A stretch of DNA of 64,000 nucleotides from the NCBI GenBank assembly GCA_000002445.1, contig CP000066.1:608001-672000 (forward strand). The letters run 5' to 3'. The notes beneath the pieces were generated by a model. That model was not told the DNA's origin, made no database searches, and saw nothing but the letters and a program-made list of their open reading frames with translations. The stretch is from Trypanosoma brucei. Taxonomy: Eukaryota. Below, one piece after another: positions 1 to 11,536 of this stretch; positions within the stretch are counted from its first letter, which is position 1; each line of letters opens with the position of its first letter. The translations under genes were made by a program, and so were the position numbers.

Positions 1-1
1 T

Positions 2-244
2 TCGTGCGCTTTTGTAGCACCATTGGCGGTGTACCATGCGATGCTGGTAACAAAGAACATGACCACTGGCGAGGAACTGAACTGTGATGGCGTTTCGGTG
101 CACTACTTCAGCCGTGGTGGGTGTGTGGCTAACGTAAAAGCCTCACTTTGTTCTCCTATCCCACCGTCGATTTTCCAGGAAGGTGTTAGCAGTTTAACGC
201 CACTCGCTACGGCCGTCGTGATGGTTGAAGAGGCGGAGGTGTGA
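2..244 (+). CDS. 3' end of an upstream plus-strand gene (partial, unknown product)
   Basis: The reading frame is open from the window edge to the stop at 244. The ORF-track start at 23 is a TTG, so the true start lies left of the window. No recognisable motif. Confidence 0.3.
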   Translation, partial: SCAFVAPLAVYHAMLVTKNMTTGEELNCDGVSVHYFSRGGCVANVKASLCSPIPPSIFQEGVSSLTPLATAVVMVEEAEV

Positions 245-796
245 TCCATTTTTTCCTTAGGCTGCCCACTAGATGTCAGACGTGTATCTACACACGTCAT
301 ATGCCCTGCCGAAACCACTGATTTGGGCCTGCGCTTGTTTATCCGTTGAGGGCTTTGCTTCAAGAAACCCAACAGTCGACGACTTCCGTTCCTCGTAACC
401 ATGGTTATGGACGGACCTGTCGATTTTTATTTAGTTTTGCTGGTCTTGCACACCCCTCTCTTTTCCATTTTCCGGTTTTGCCCCCCCCTCAACAACCTAT
501 TTTTACTTTTACCTTTGATGTCACACAAACACACACACGCCTCATCTGCCTATTGAATTGGCTCTTTACATCTTTTTTCTTTCATTCCTTTCACTTGTTG
601 TCTTTGGATTAATATTCTTGTGTATGTTACACTTTGGAGAGGTGTTTGTGATTTCAATACAACAAAAAATATATATACATATCAATAAATAAAGGAGAAC
701 AAAGGAAGTAGAAGTGTATCACATATTTTACAGTGTGTAAGGGAACTCGGCCAAAGAGTGTTGTGGCTTTAATAACGTGGCGCACACATCTGAAAA

Positions 797-1693
797 ATGC
801 AACCGGCCACTGCACCGTACCTTCTGCGCTCGTTGTACAAGGATGATCACATCATCAGCACGCATCTGAATCGGCAAATCACAAATATAGTCACTGCTCT
901 CTTCGGCGCACACACCACCAATTGCTACGATGCGCAACTCTGTTACTTAGCAAAGGGGATTTATGTGGCGTTTGCGCTGCTGCGTGGGCAGACGTTGGGA
1001 CAAGAATTCTGTGACCTCTTACCAGTGACGGGTAGTAACCCACCTCGGCTGGTCGGCATGCGGAGAAAGCTGCTTCTCGCAACATTTCTCGCTTTGGAAC
1101 CAGCGGTAGTTTTTCAATTTGCAGTGCGTTTATTCCCCCGGCTCCCACCACACGATGTCGTATCGAATGTGAGCAAATGTACTTTGATGATGTTGATGCT
1201 GCTTGAAACATACGGTACTCTTGCCCACCGTTTCCTCAGAGTGCGTTATCTCAGCCTTGTGCCTTCGGGTGCCCTTCAAAATGGTGAAGGTGCCCCCCGT
1301 ACATATCTTAAACTAGGATTTGTGTTAATGCTCGAGCTGTTGATTCGGCTCTGGCGGGCTGTGGCAGAATGGCGGGGGAATCGTGGCGCGGGTGAACAAA
1401 ATGAGCAGGGCGGAGCTGCAGGTCGCGGAGAGGATGATTCAGACACGGCGGATGAGCATGCGTCAGTGTCTGGTAAATGCATGCTTTGTCTTGGGAACCG
1501 TAAGCAGCCCACGGCAACTCTCTGCGGCCATATTTTCTGCTGGCGCTGCCTTTCAGAGTGGATTAAGTCGAACACACAGGGAGCCATTTGTCCTTTTTGC
1601 AGACGGCGAATAACAGTAAACTCGTTAGTCCCGCTCTATTTCTATGTGGCGAAGGAGCCCCCGGTTGCGGATGGCGACAGCGGTGCGTCGTAG
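797..1693 (+). CDS. PEX10: Peroxin-10-like glycosomal/peroxisomal biogenesis factor with C-terminal C3HC4 RING finger
   Basis: ATG at 797. The C-terminus carries CMLCLGNRKQPTATLCGHIFCWRCLSEWIKSNTQGAICPFCRR, a canonical C3HC4 RING. The TLCGHIFCW-CL-EW spacing is typical of PEX10. Hydrophobic N-terminal half consistent with a peroxin membrane region. Confidence 0.7.
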   Translation: MQPATAPYLLRSLYKDDHIISTHLNRQITNIVTALFGAHTTNCYDAQLCYLAKGIYVAFALLRGQTLGQEFCDLLPVTGSNPPRLVGMRRKLLLATFLALEPAVVFQFAVRLFPRLPPHDVVSNVSKCTLMMLMLLETYGTLAHRFLRVRYLSLVPSGALQNGEGAPRTYLKLGFVLMLELLIRLWRAVAEWRGNRGAGEQNEQGGAAGRGEDDSDTADEHASVSGKCMLCLGNRKQPTATLCGHIFCWRCLSEWIKSNTQGAICPFCRRRITVNSLVPLYFYVAKEPPVADGDSGAS

Positions 1694-1765
1694 ACTGACG
1701 GCAGAGGAGGAAGAAGTGGCAGGTGCAGTTGGTACGCAAGGTTCCACCTCCGCGTCTTTTCCCTG

Positions 1766-1766
1766 C

Positions 1767-1808
<42 letters not shown>

Positions 1809-1820
1809 GTGTGTGTGTGT
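1766..1820. repeat. (TA)n(TG)n compound microsatellite in 3' intergenic region
   Basis: Direct read of atatatat...gtatgtgtgtgtgtgtgtgtgtg. Typical trypanosomatid intergenic dinucleotide repeat. Confidence 0.9.
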
Positions 1821-2111
1821 ATCCCTCACTTCCATCCCTTTGTTTGTCGGTTACAGTAATTGACCGTACATTTCTCACACGGCGTACACGTTCTTTGTAT
1901 GTGTATGTACGGGATTGTCACTTGTTCCTTTCCAAACTGAATACAGTACCGATTGTCATAAGCTCCCTTGCTCTTTACTTTCCTTTGTGCCTTATCAATT
2001 CACCCGCGTGATAACAATTACAATAATATTAAGTAAGAAAAAGAAAAGCGTGTGTAAAAACTTTTTTTTTCGTTGCCAGTTTCGTAGCATTCGAATTTGT
2101 TCAAAGCTCAA

Positions 2112-2492
2112 ATGGCTGGTGCAAAGGAAGTGCAGTCCGTGCACCCTTTCACACGGTGGGTTGCGGGGCTCTCATCACCCATGTCTTTAACAGATCAGCG
2201 TGCTGCGGCAACGAGGATCAGCCACCTTATGCTCACTACCGTTTTTGTCGCGACAGTGTGCGGTTACTTCGTTGGAAACGTTCACACGGCATTTTTTGCT
2301 GTAGCGGCGGCGTGCGGAGTGTCGCTTATTGTCTGGGGCCCAAATTGGTACCAAAACGAAGATCCGGATCAGCGGTGGTGCGATGAAAACGAAGTGAAGA
2401 AATATTACGAAACGCTGGAACAATTGCGTGACGAGGCGAAGCAGAAAATAATTGACGAGTTCGAGTCAAAAGGAGAGAAAAAGCGAAATTGA
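2112..2492 (+). CDS. small two-TM membrane protein, possibly signal peptidase complex subunit SPCS1/SPC12-like
   Basis: The ORF-track start at 2097 is TTG; the first ATG is at 2112 (MAGAKEV). Two adjacent hydrophobic helices (LMLTTVFVATVCGYFVGNVHTAFFAVAAACGVSLIVWGPNWYQ) are followed by P-W-Y. This resembles the SPCS1 pattern of D..G....VGF.YG....F...P.WP.Y. Inference only. Confidence 0.4.
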   Translation: MAGAKEVQSVHPFTRWVAGLSSPMSLTDQRAAATRISHLMLTTVFVATVCGYFVGNVHTAFFAVAAACGVSLIVWGPNWYQNEDPDQRWCDENEVKKYYETLEQLRDEAKQKIIDEFESKGEKKRN

Positions 2493-2700
2493 AGGAGGGA
2501 CCTTGGCGTTATGCGAACCCACGACTTATGCATGGAAACGAGCTGTAAGTGAGGTTGTAAAGATGATGCTTTCATTTTATCTAATGAGTGAACTTGCCCG
2601 TGCGCTAAGCTTCCCTATTGTCATTATTATTATTATTATTAGATTCCGCCCCTTCATCCCCACGCCTTTCTTTGGAGGAAGGGGGAAGGGTGCCACGCAA

Positions 2701-2800
2701 CTAAAGGCTCCTCTTTCTTCTCTGTTCCTTCCTTTTCTTTGCTTTACGCTACCCTTCGGTCCCTTATTTTTTTCAACTTCTCATCGTGGTCCAAGCAGCG
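2701..2800 (+). promoter_or_regulatory. polypyrimidine tract, candidate trans-splice acceptor region for the downstream MORN gene
   Basis: CT-rich run (ctcctctttcttctctgttccttccttttctttgctttacgctacccttcggtccc) immediately upstream of ATG 2862. Established kinetoplastid trans-splicing signal architecture. Confidence 0.4.
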
Positions 2801-2861
2801 ATATAGTTGGAGCGGACCAGCTGAGATTCAAAAAGGAAAAAAGAGAGAGGGAAGTGAGTTC

Positions 2862-5624
2862 ATGAAACGATGCAACAGTGAGTCTGAAACTGAGTTCGAT
2901 TCTTTAAAGAGTGAGAACCCGCTCCTTCATTCACCGTCTCTGAAGAGCTGGAACATAATGAAAAACACTCCCGTTGTGCCTCCTTTTTCCTCTGCCATGA
3001 CTATGGCAATGAAGGAACATTGCGGTGCCTCAACCGCAACCTCTGCAGCCAATGAACGGCAATATAAGGAACTAAACGTAGATTTCAACGATAAGTATTT
3101 CGGGGAAGTGACTCGTTCAGGTTCCATTGAGGTGCCTCATGGAAACGGGAGGCTGTTTTCGGGGGAGGGGAAACATTTTTATGAAGGTGGTTTCGTTAAC
3201 CGCTGCCGTGACGGGTACGGTGTGCTGAATACGGAGCGATATGCATTATGGTGTAAGTGGAAAATGAACCGTCCCGACCTCACGAGTCAGTCCCGTGTTG
3301 ATTACCGTGATGGCACAAGGTACAACGGTTTTTTGTCCGCTCATCAAAATAACAGTGCGGCCGCAAATATTCCCTCCTCCTTGCGGTGCCGTTTGTCGAA
3401 GTTTTCCATTTGGGTTCACAGCCTGACTTTAGTGCGTGAACGTTGGGGAGAAATTGTCCATAGCGGGGGTGACCGTTACTTTGGTCAATGGGACAACGAC
3501 ATGCCGTCGGGTTTCGGTTGTTATGTGACAAAATATGGCGACCGCTATATTGGATTGTTTCAACGAGGTAGGTTCCATGACACTGGCACGCTTTTTGTGC
3601 ACGCATGCAGGTGGGGAAATAGGGCTAGTAAAATTCCCGATGGTGTGGGCTTTTTGTATCAGCAGGAACAGGTGGAAAATCAACACGTCGAGGCTGCGGA
3701 GGCGGCTAAACAGAGAATAGAGGATCGTTTTAAAAATACTTTCACCGAATCCTGCGGTTGTAGCGGCGCGGACTATGAAATAAGTGGTCACAAGCGCCAG
3801 GGACCACCACGGGGTTGGGATGGCGTTATATTTGACGGTGTGTGGGAAATGGGCCGTTTCCTGGGCGAGGGACATGTGACGCTTCCATGTGGATCTCGCA
3901 TAACAGCTGAGTGGAAGAATCTATTCTCCCCCACGCAAGGGCGTGTGTTCATGGCATCCTCCAACGACAATAAAGCGAGTGGTCGGCAAGATATGGATAC
4001 GCGCGGTTGGTTCCAATGCTTTCATTGGGAATCGCTGCTCTCAGGACTCACTGACGAGTCAAAGGAGCAGAAATATGCCGCGTGTGCTTCTTTCCGTGAG
4101 CGACTGGGTCTCGCAACCACGGAAGAGGAGGAGCAGGTGGTTCTTGCCGACTTCTGCAGCAATGAGGATGCAATAAGAAACGCCCTAAAAGTTTTTCAAC
4201 GTTGCTTTTACTTTCTTCATGGGTCGTGTGGGAGCAGCAGTGAAATAGGATCTGGCTGGGGGTCGAACCCACTCGGTTGGTGTTATGTACGTAACTCATA
4301 CGGCGGCTGTATCCACAACATAAAGGGGCGACGGATAACGGCATGTGATGTGGACCTTGCGCTTACCGACATTATTTCATTTGTCCGCTCAACAGAGCGG
4401 TGGGTAGTGGAAATGTTAGGCGACTCTTCATTGTCGAGTCCAAGTTCGCATTTATTCGTCATGCGGAAGCTACTTGACTTAACGCTTCGCAGCGTCTACA
4501 ATGTGCTGTTCAACCTTTATGTTCATGCGTATGATGTGGAGGACATTGCGCTTACTCAGGCGTTGGAAAGAGTGCGTGAACATACCACACTTGACGACCT
4601 CGGAGTGAGTTTCGCGCGGCAGCAAAGTTCGGAAGAGCTCTTCGACCCGTACGCCGACGCTGTCAACCGGATTGAGCGTCTAGCCCGTGGTGTGTGGACG
4701 TATGGAAGCAAACTCAAGATTCTTGCACAGTGGTCTATGGAAATTGACCTTTCCACACGTCTGGCACGTGTAACTCTTGATGATGGGCCTCTGGCACTGT
4801 TGCCCAAAAGGAATGCGCAACCAGCGTCTGGCTCCGCTGACGATCTTATTCCCATTCACCAATTTGTGTTGATGAAAGCAAAAGTGGACCACTTATACGT
4901 GCACACGAAGTTGCTGGTGGACCTTAGTAGTGAGGACGTGTTCATGGAGTTTACGTCGCAGGAGAACTTCTTTGTTATCACGTTTCAGGCATGTACCATG
5001 ATATTATCGAAGTTTCACCCCCTGCTTCGTGATGAGTCACATGTGTTAGCACCACCTTCTCTGTTTGAGGAACGGCTGCGTTCTGGCGTGCATTCTATTA
5101 GACGACTAGCCGAAACATTTATTGCTCAGCTGTTGAAGTCGCATGGTGTATTTGAGGGGGAGGAATCGCGGGAATTCTCTGCTGAGGAATTTGGGGCTGT
5201 GGCTCTTGGCTACATCAAGGCGTGGTTAGCTGAAGCCGTTGACATGGCAGCGACGCACGGGGGCACCGCAGTTGCCAGTGGAAGTGATCAAATCCTTCCC
5301 GTAGCTGAATTATTGCAAATGGAGGAGACTCGTCAGTTGGCCCTTCTGAGCGAGCCGAACTTTCCGCGAGTGTTGGCACTTTTCTGTTGGCTTGCAGTTG
5401 CAAACGTCCTCTCGGTGCTTCACATTCACCTTGGTGTAATGGCGGCAAATGGTGATGACTTGCTAAATGTCGATACCGACCCGGCTAAGCTTCTAGACGA
5501 CTATGTTGCATGGCGCAACGTATGTGGTGGAGATGTTTCATCCCTCGTATTGCTCTTGGGCAAAGGTGCACCACGGCCTCTTTTCCTACGGCGAGCTGCG
5601 GCATTTATTGCATCTATTTTATAA
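2862..5624 (+). CDS. MORN-repeat-containing protein (about 920 aa)
   Basis: The ORF-track start at 2739 is TTG inside a polypyrimidine tract. The first in-frame ATG is at 2862 (MKRCNSESE). The N-terminal third contains MORN-like repeats (YEGGFVNRCRDGYGVL, YRDGTRYNGF, GDRYFGQWDNDMPSGFGCYVTKYGDRYIGLFQRGRFHDTGT). The rest is unassigned. Confidence 0.65.
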   Translation: MKRCNSESETEFDSLKSENPLLHSPSLKSWNIMKNTPVVPPFSSAMTMAMKEHCGASTATSAANERQYKELNVDFNDKYFGEVTRSGSIEVPHGNGRLFSGEGKHFYEGGFVNRCRDGYGVLNTERYALWCKWKMNRPDLTSQSRVDYRDGTRYNGFLSAHQNNSAAANIPSSLRCRLSKFSIWVHSLTLVRERWGEIVHSGGDRYFGQWDNDMPSGFGCYVTKYGDRYIGLFQRGRFHDTGTLFVHACRWGNRASKIPDGVGFLYQQEQVENQHVEAAEAAKQRIEDRFKNTFTESCGCSGADYEISGHKRQGPPRGWDGVIFDGVWEMGRFLGEGHVTLPCGSRITAEWKNLFSPTQGRVFMASSNDNKASGRQDMDTRGWFQCFHWESLLSGLTDESKEQKYAACASFRERLGLATTEEEEQVVLADFCSNEDAIRNALKVFQRCFYFLHGSCGSSSEIGSGWGSNPLGWCYVRNSYGGCIHNIKGRRITACDVDLALTDIISFVRSTERWVVEMLGDSSLSSPSSHLFVMRKLLDLTLRSVYNVLFNLYVHAYDVEDIALTQALERVREHTTLDDLGVSFARQQSSEELFDPYADAVNRIERLARGVWTYGSKLKILAQWSMEIDLSTRLARVTLDDGPLALLPKRNAQPASGSADDLIPIHQFVLMKAKVDHLYVHTKLLVDLSSEDVFMEFTSQENFFVITFQACTMILSKFHPLLRDESHVLAPPSLFEERLRSGVHSIRRLAETFIAQLLKSHGVFEGEESREFSAEEFGAVALGYIKAWLAEAVDMAATHGGTAVASGSDQILPVAELLQMEETRQLALLSEPNFPRVLALFCWLAVANVLSVLHIHLGVMAANGDDLLNVDTDPAKLLDDYVAWRNVCGGDVSSLVLLLGKGAPRPLFLRRAAAFIASIL

Positions 5625-6433
5625 GTTGAAGACGCGTATGTGTGTGATGCCGGCAACATTTGAATCCTGGGCAAGAGGGTGGGTGTGGGAGGGGGGGATG
5701 GGCTTTTCAGCATGGTGCTTAACGTGTCGACAAAAAATTTGAAAAAAAAAGAGGCAAATGTGCGTTGCTGGGCTGCTACGCTGGTTGCAGTTGCCTTCTC
5801 TATTTTTCGCCTACGGTTGCTTACTTTTCGGATAACAATCACATTCCAAAACATGTGGTTCACAATCGCCACACAAATCTCTCTTTATGTTTTTTGCTTT
5901 TACTTTTTCTCTCAGTGTTTTTTTTTTCAGGGTAGTGGCGTGAATACGCTTGAAAAAAAAAAGGAGGAGGGTGTGCGGTTTTACGGTTCAATCGCTCAAT
6001 CCCTTGTTGTTTTTTGCATTCATTCATTTATTATTATTATTTTTTTTTTTTTTTGCAGTCACTGCCTGAAAAGGGGTATATGCTGCTTTCTTTGTTAACT
6101 GAGTGGAATTGGTTTGTTTCCTCCTTCATTTGCTTCCTTTTCTTTCCATCTTTCCATCTACATTTCTCATTCCAAGTGCTCTGCCGGCAAACACCCGGTG
6201 CTGAGCAAGAAAAAAATAATAAAGTAAAAAAAGGAAACATAAAACAAGGGTGCAGAGCAACCGTGTGTGTCTGTGTGTGTGAGCCGTCGGTTACAACAAC
6301 CGTTAATACTTTGCTGCCTTCGTATTTGTTTGTGCAGCGAAGCAAATAATAAAAATAATAATAAGCGTAGAGGACGAACAGTGTGTAGTGCATAATATAT
6401 ATATATATATATTAAACGTGTTGGGAAGAATAA

Positions 6434-7702
<1,269 letters not shown>

Positions 7703-9807
7703 GGTGTCAAATATGCCCTCCTTTTCAGCATTGTTGGTAATGAAAGGGTGCAGTAAAGAAAAAAAAACGAAATAAAATCAAACAAAAACTAAAAAAATAA
7801 AAAAGGCAAACGTAACACAAGAAGAGGAAAATAAAACAAGAGGGTAATGAAAGAAAACAAAAGAGAGTTTGGGATGAAATGAGTGTGGATGAACGTTGTG
7901 ACGAAAGAAGAGCATGAAAAGGGGAAATTAAGAGTAAGTAAAGTGTAAGTGTTTGTAGGAAGAAAAAAGGGGGTGCGTTAGGAGCTGGTGTAGATATGTG
8001 ATGTTTGTGTTTGTGGCGTGAAATACAGGACTGATACTTTTTTTTTACTTTTTTTGATCTCTCTCTTTGTGTTTGTGTGTGTGTGTGTATGGTTTTTTTT
8101 TTCTTCCTTCTTGTGTGGTGTGTGTTATAACTGTTGCGTTTGTCCTTGCTTGTGTATTTACCATTTCATGTGCATTTTCCACCCACCCCCTCATTTATTC
8201 CTGATATATTTCCCTTATCTACTTTTTCGATTCCGTTCCTGCCACCACGTCACGTTACCGCCATCCAACCAACCACTTTTTCAATTTTTCGTGTGTTTTA
8301 TATGAATTAAATGCATGTAGGCTTTCATGTGCAGTAATTCCTCTTGTCATTAAACGACAACACACGGAGCCACGGACGCGTAACATTTCGTTTTTTTTTT
8401 CTTGTTCTTATTGTTTGGAGGAGAGTTTCATCATTTATTGACTCTTTTCATAATTCCCTTGCAATATGAATGTATGTATTTATATATATAATATATATGT
8501 TTACTTGTGTTTCTGTGTGGGTATGTTTTTTTCCTTCTTTCTTGGAGCTTCAGATGTGATGATGCTAATGATCATGGTCAGCACAATTATAAGTGTTGCT
8601 ATTTTCTATTTTTTTTTCTTTCATTTGATTTTTCTCCAACATTTTTTTCTTTTTATTTAACTATTCCGTGCGGCGCGTCGATATGCCTTGAGTAATTAAC
8701 TGATTGGCTCCCTGTGTTTTATTTTGTTTGCTTGGATGTGTGGAAGAGCGATGGCAGCAGCAGAAGCAGGAAATAAAAGAAAGAGGAAGTAAAAAAACAA
8801 AAAGGAGGCAATGGGAGAGAAAGTATATTATAACAGCAGCAACAAAATGAAAAAAAAAAAGAAGGTATATATATACATTGATTAAACAGAAATTCAGGAC
8901 AAAACAAACGAAAATAAAATAAAACAGATATCTCTTCACTGGCTCACCACTTCGTTTGTTATTTTACCAACAAATCCCGCTGGGCGTGTGACATGTGCAG
9001 TTATCCTTACGTCTGTGAAACCGTTATATTACCACTACTACTCTTCTTGCTCTTGTGTTTCTTGTTTCTTTTTAATGTTTTTTTTTCCTCTTTCACTTCA
9101 CTTCACTTGCATGGCACTGCAGCGAACATTAGACTTTTTTTTTGTTTTCTTCCCTTGTTGGCGTTTTTGGCGTTGCTGTTTTCTTTTCTTTTTTTGAGGG
9201 GGGTGGGGGTATTATTATTGTTATTATTATTACTATCATTATTTATTCACTGCTATTTGCGTTTCTCCCGGTCAGACCGATTGAGATGCTCATATATCTT
9301 CCTTTTGATTGTTTTCATTTCCTTTTTGTTGATGATGATGATGATGATGTTTTTGATTTGTTTTGTTTTGTTTTGTTTTGTTTTGTGCCCACCAGCACCT
9401 CACTGTCAGTTGTTCACACTTTTCCGCTACCTTTTTTTTTTTGCCGTGCAGGTCTCCAATAATATAAAGAAATATATACGTTTGTACTGAACAAATGATG
9501 ACCTCTTGCATTGGGAAATGAGTGAAAATGCACCGGGTTGTAACGCAAACGCAGCGATGTCCTCGTCCGTTACCTACTCTTTTTTTTTTTTCGTTTCTTC
9601 ATCACTTTTGTTTTTCTTCCTTCCTCTTGTGTCAGTTTCCTCCCTTCCTGTATCGCAAAGTGAAGGCTTTTTCCCCCTTTTTTGTTTGGTTTGGTTTCCT
9701 TCGCTTTCACCCCAACCACTGTGTTAGTTACAAACTGTAAAGTTACGCAAAGAAGTACACACATATATATATATACGCGCATAGTGACGGTTTTGAAGCG
9801 TAAAGAA

Positions 9808-10815
9808 ATGAAAGAAGTTAAAGGGGAAAATGAGTTTTTAAGCTGCAATGTGGAACTGTCAGAAGGTGTTGAAGATATTGCTGATGCCTTAAAACTTTGG
9901 GAGGATCAATTATATGCAGTAGAGCCACTTCTTGCAATATCGCTCAAGCTTCAACACCTCCAAGACACCACTCGCGGCATTGTTGCATCACTTGCCACTT
10001 CCAAAAAGAAATTACTGCAATCCACAAGATGCCACAAATATAAGCGTCAATATTTACTAAAAATGGAAGACACACCAAAGAAAGAAACAGCGTTATCGGA
10101 TTTTTCTTCACCCGATCCAATTGATGAATATGTGCGGCTGCATAAATGCAAGAGGGCGAGGGATGTAAATGTAAATGTAAATGCAAATGCAAATACGGAT
10201 GCGGGTGATGTTTCGTTGAGTGTTACCGCTGAGGAACATCAGACATGTGTGGAGGCGCTTCTTCGATGGGTTGATGAATCCATGCCATCGGTTGCGGAAC
10301 CTCATCTCACAGCCTCACGGAAGAAATTAGTCGCTCTCCTCACAAAAGGGGAATCACATGGAAAAGCAAAACCAACTAAAGAAACGCTCAGTAATGCTGA
10401 TGCATTTTGTAGTAAGCATTGGGCATATTATGCGGAGCAGCTGCATGCCGCACACAATGATGAATATGCGGCACTTAGGCGGGTGTGTGCTACGGATATC
10501 GGTGAGAGAATTCGCTCTCAAATGAAGTGGGAACAGTCACAAAGCAATTCAGTTCATGTCGTCACGCCTGCTGCTTCTGCTGGTGGTCTTCAGAGAAGTT
10601 TCACGCAGTTGTTAGGCGCAAAGGATGCATTGGCGGATTGTCAAAAAGCTGTTACGGTTTTATTATCGCTTCTGGGTGGCGCACTTGATGAATACGATGA
10701 ACAAACGCACAACGTCATCAAACGCGAAGAGGCATTTTGGAACAACGTACGAATTGCTGAATGTGAAAGTGAAGCGTTACGTTCCTTGTCTCTTCGTGTC
10801 AAAAAGCATTGTTGA
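9808..10815 (+). CDS. hypothetical protein (about 335 aa)
   Basis: The ORF-track start at 9682 is TTG within a low-complexity spacer. The first ATG is at 9808 (MKEVKGENEF). Coding-like composition. Contains an in-frame GTAAAT/GCAAAT hexamer repeat encoding VNVNVNANAN. No recognised domain. Confidence 0.45.
   Translation: MKEVKGENEFLSCNVELSEGVEDIADALKLWEDQLYAVEPLLAISLKLQHLQDTTRGIVASLATSKKKLLQSTRCHKYKRQYLLKMEDTPKKETALSDFSSPDPIDEYVRLHKCKRARDVNVNVNANANTDAGDVSLSVTAEEHQTCVEALLRWVDESMPSVAEPHLTASRKKLVALLTKGESHGKAKPTKETLSNADAFCSKHWAYYAEQLHAAHNDEYAALRRVCATDIGERIRSQMKWEQSQSNSVHVVTPAASAGGLQRSFTQLLGAKDALADCQKAVTVLLSLLGGALDEYDEQTHNVIKREEAFWNNVRIAECESEALRSLSLRVKKHC
10165..10194 (+). repeat. in-frame hexanucleotide repeat (GTAAAT)3(GCAAAT)2 inside CDS
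   Basis: Direct read. Encodes (VN)3(AN)2. Confidence 0.8.
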
Positions 10816-11536
10816 CTGCATCGTCTGTCATAAGTGCTTTTTCCCCCTTGTTTTAAAAAAAAAAAAAACGAGCATTGTCTCTACCTTGTATTACGTATGA
10901 TGCCTTTTTTTCCACTTCGTTTTTGTTGGTGTTTACCTTTTTTTCTTCCGTTATTTTTACCATTTTCCCTGTATTTTCTCTCTGTCTCTGTATCTGTTGT
11001 TGCTGTTTTGTTTTCGTTTTCGTTTTTGTTCTTTGCTTGGCTCCTTTTCATGATTGTGAAGACGAGACCTCCGACACGAGGTATCGAAGGTTATGACGAT
11101 TGTGCTGTTTAATTCTATGAATCCACATTACGTTGGAATTAATAAAACGGAACTTTCGCCTGGCGGTGGAGGGCGATGTGGACGCGTTTCTGCATCCTCC
11201 CGGGGGGGATCATATATTTTCAGTGACAAAAATGTCGACCCCTTGAAGGTGCTAAAAACTTCCTTTTTTATTTTTCTCTCTATTTTTTTTCTATTTGTTA
11301 TTTTTGTTATTGTTATTGTTGTTGTTGTTTTAGTCCTATAATTGGCGCGTGTTTCGCCTCATTTCATCATTCACACCATATCCTTTGTTGTTTTCATCTT
11401 TTCCCCCACACGTACTTTACATTTCTTTCCTCTTTTTTTTTTTTATTTTATTATTTTTTTCACCCTCTGCATGTGTATGGTTTGCATTGCGTGTGGGAAA
11501 AAAAATAATAAAATAAACTAAAATAAACAACAAAAG

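Noticed and set aside
1276-1587. Minus-strand 103-aa and 69-aa ORFs inside the PEX10 gene, and the 146-aa antisense ORF at 12256-12696 inside the PUF gene
   Set aside because: Antisense to well-supported plus-strand genes, and trypanosome transcription units are unidirectional here.
2739-2861. N-terminal extensions implied by ORF-track starts (2739, 6479, 9682, 60977, 63988, 23)
   Set aside because: These positions are TTG/GTG, not ATG, as verified in the sequence. The extensions run through polypyrimidine/low-complexity tracts that are more plausibly 5'UTR/splice-acceptor sequence.
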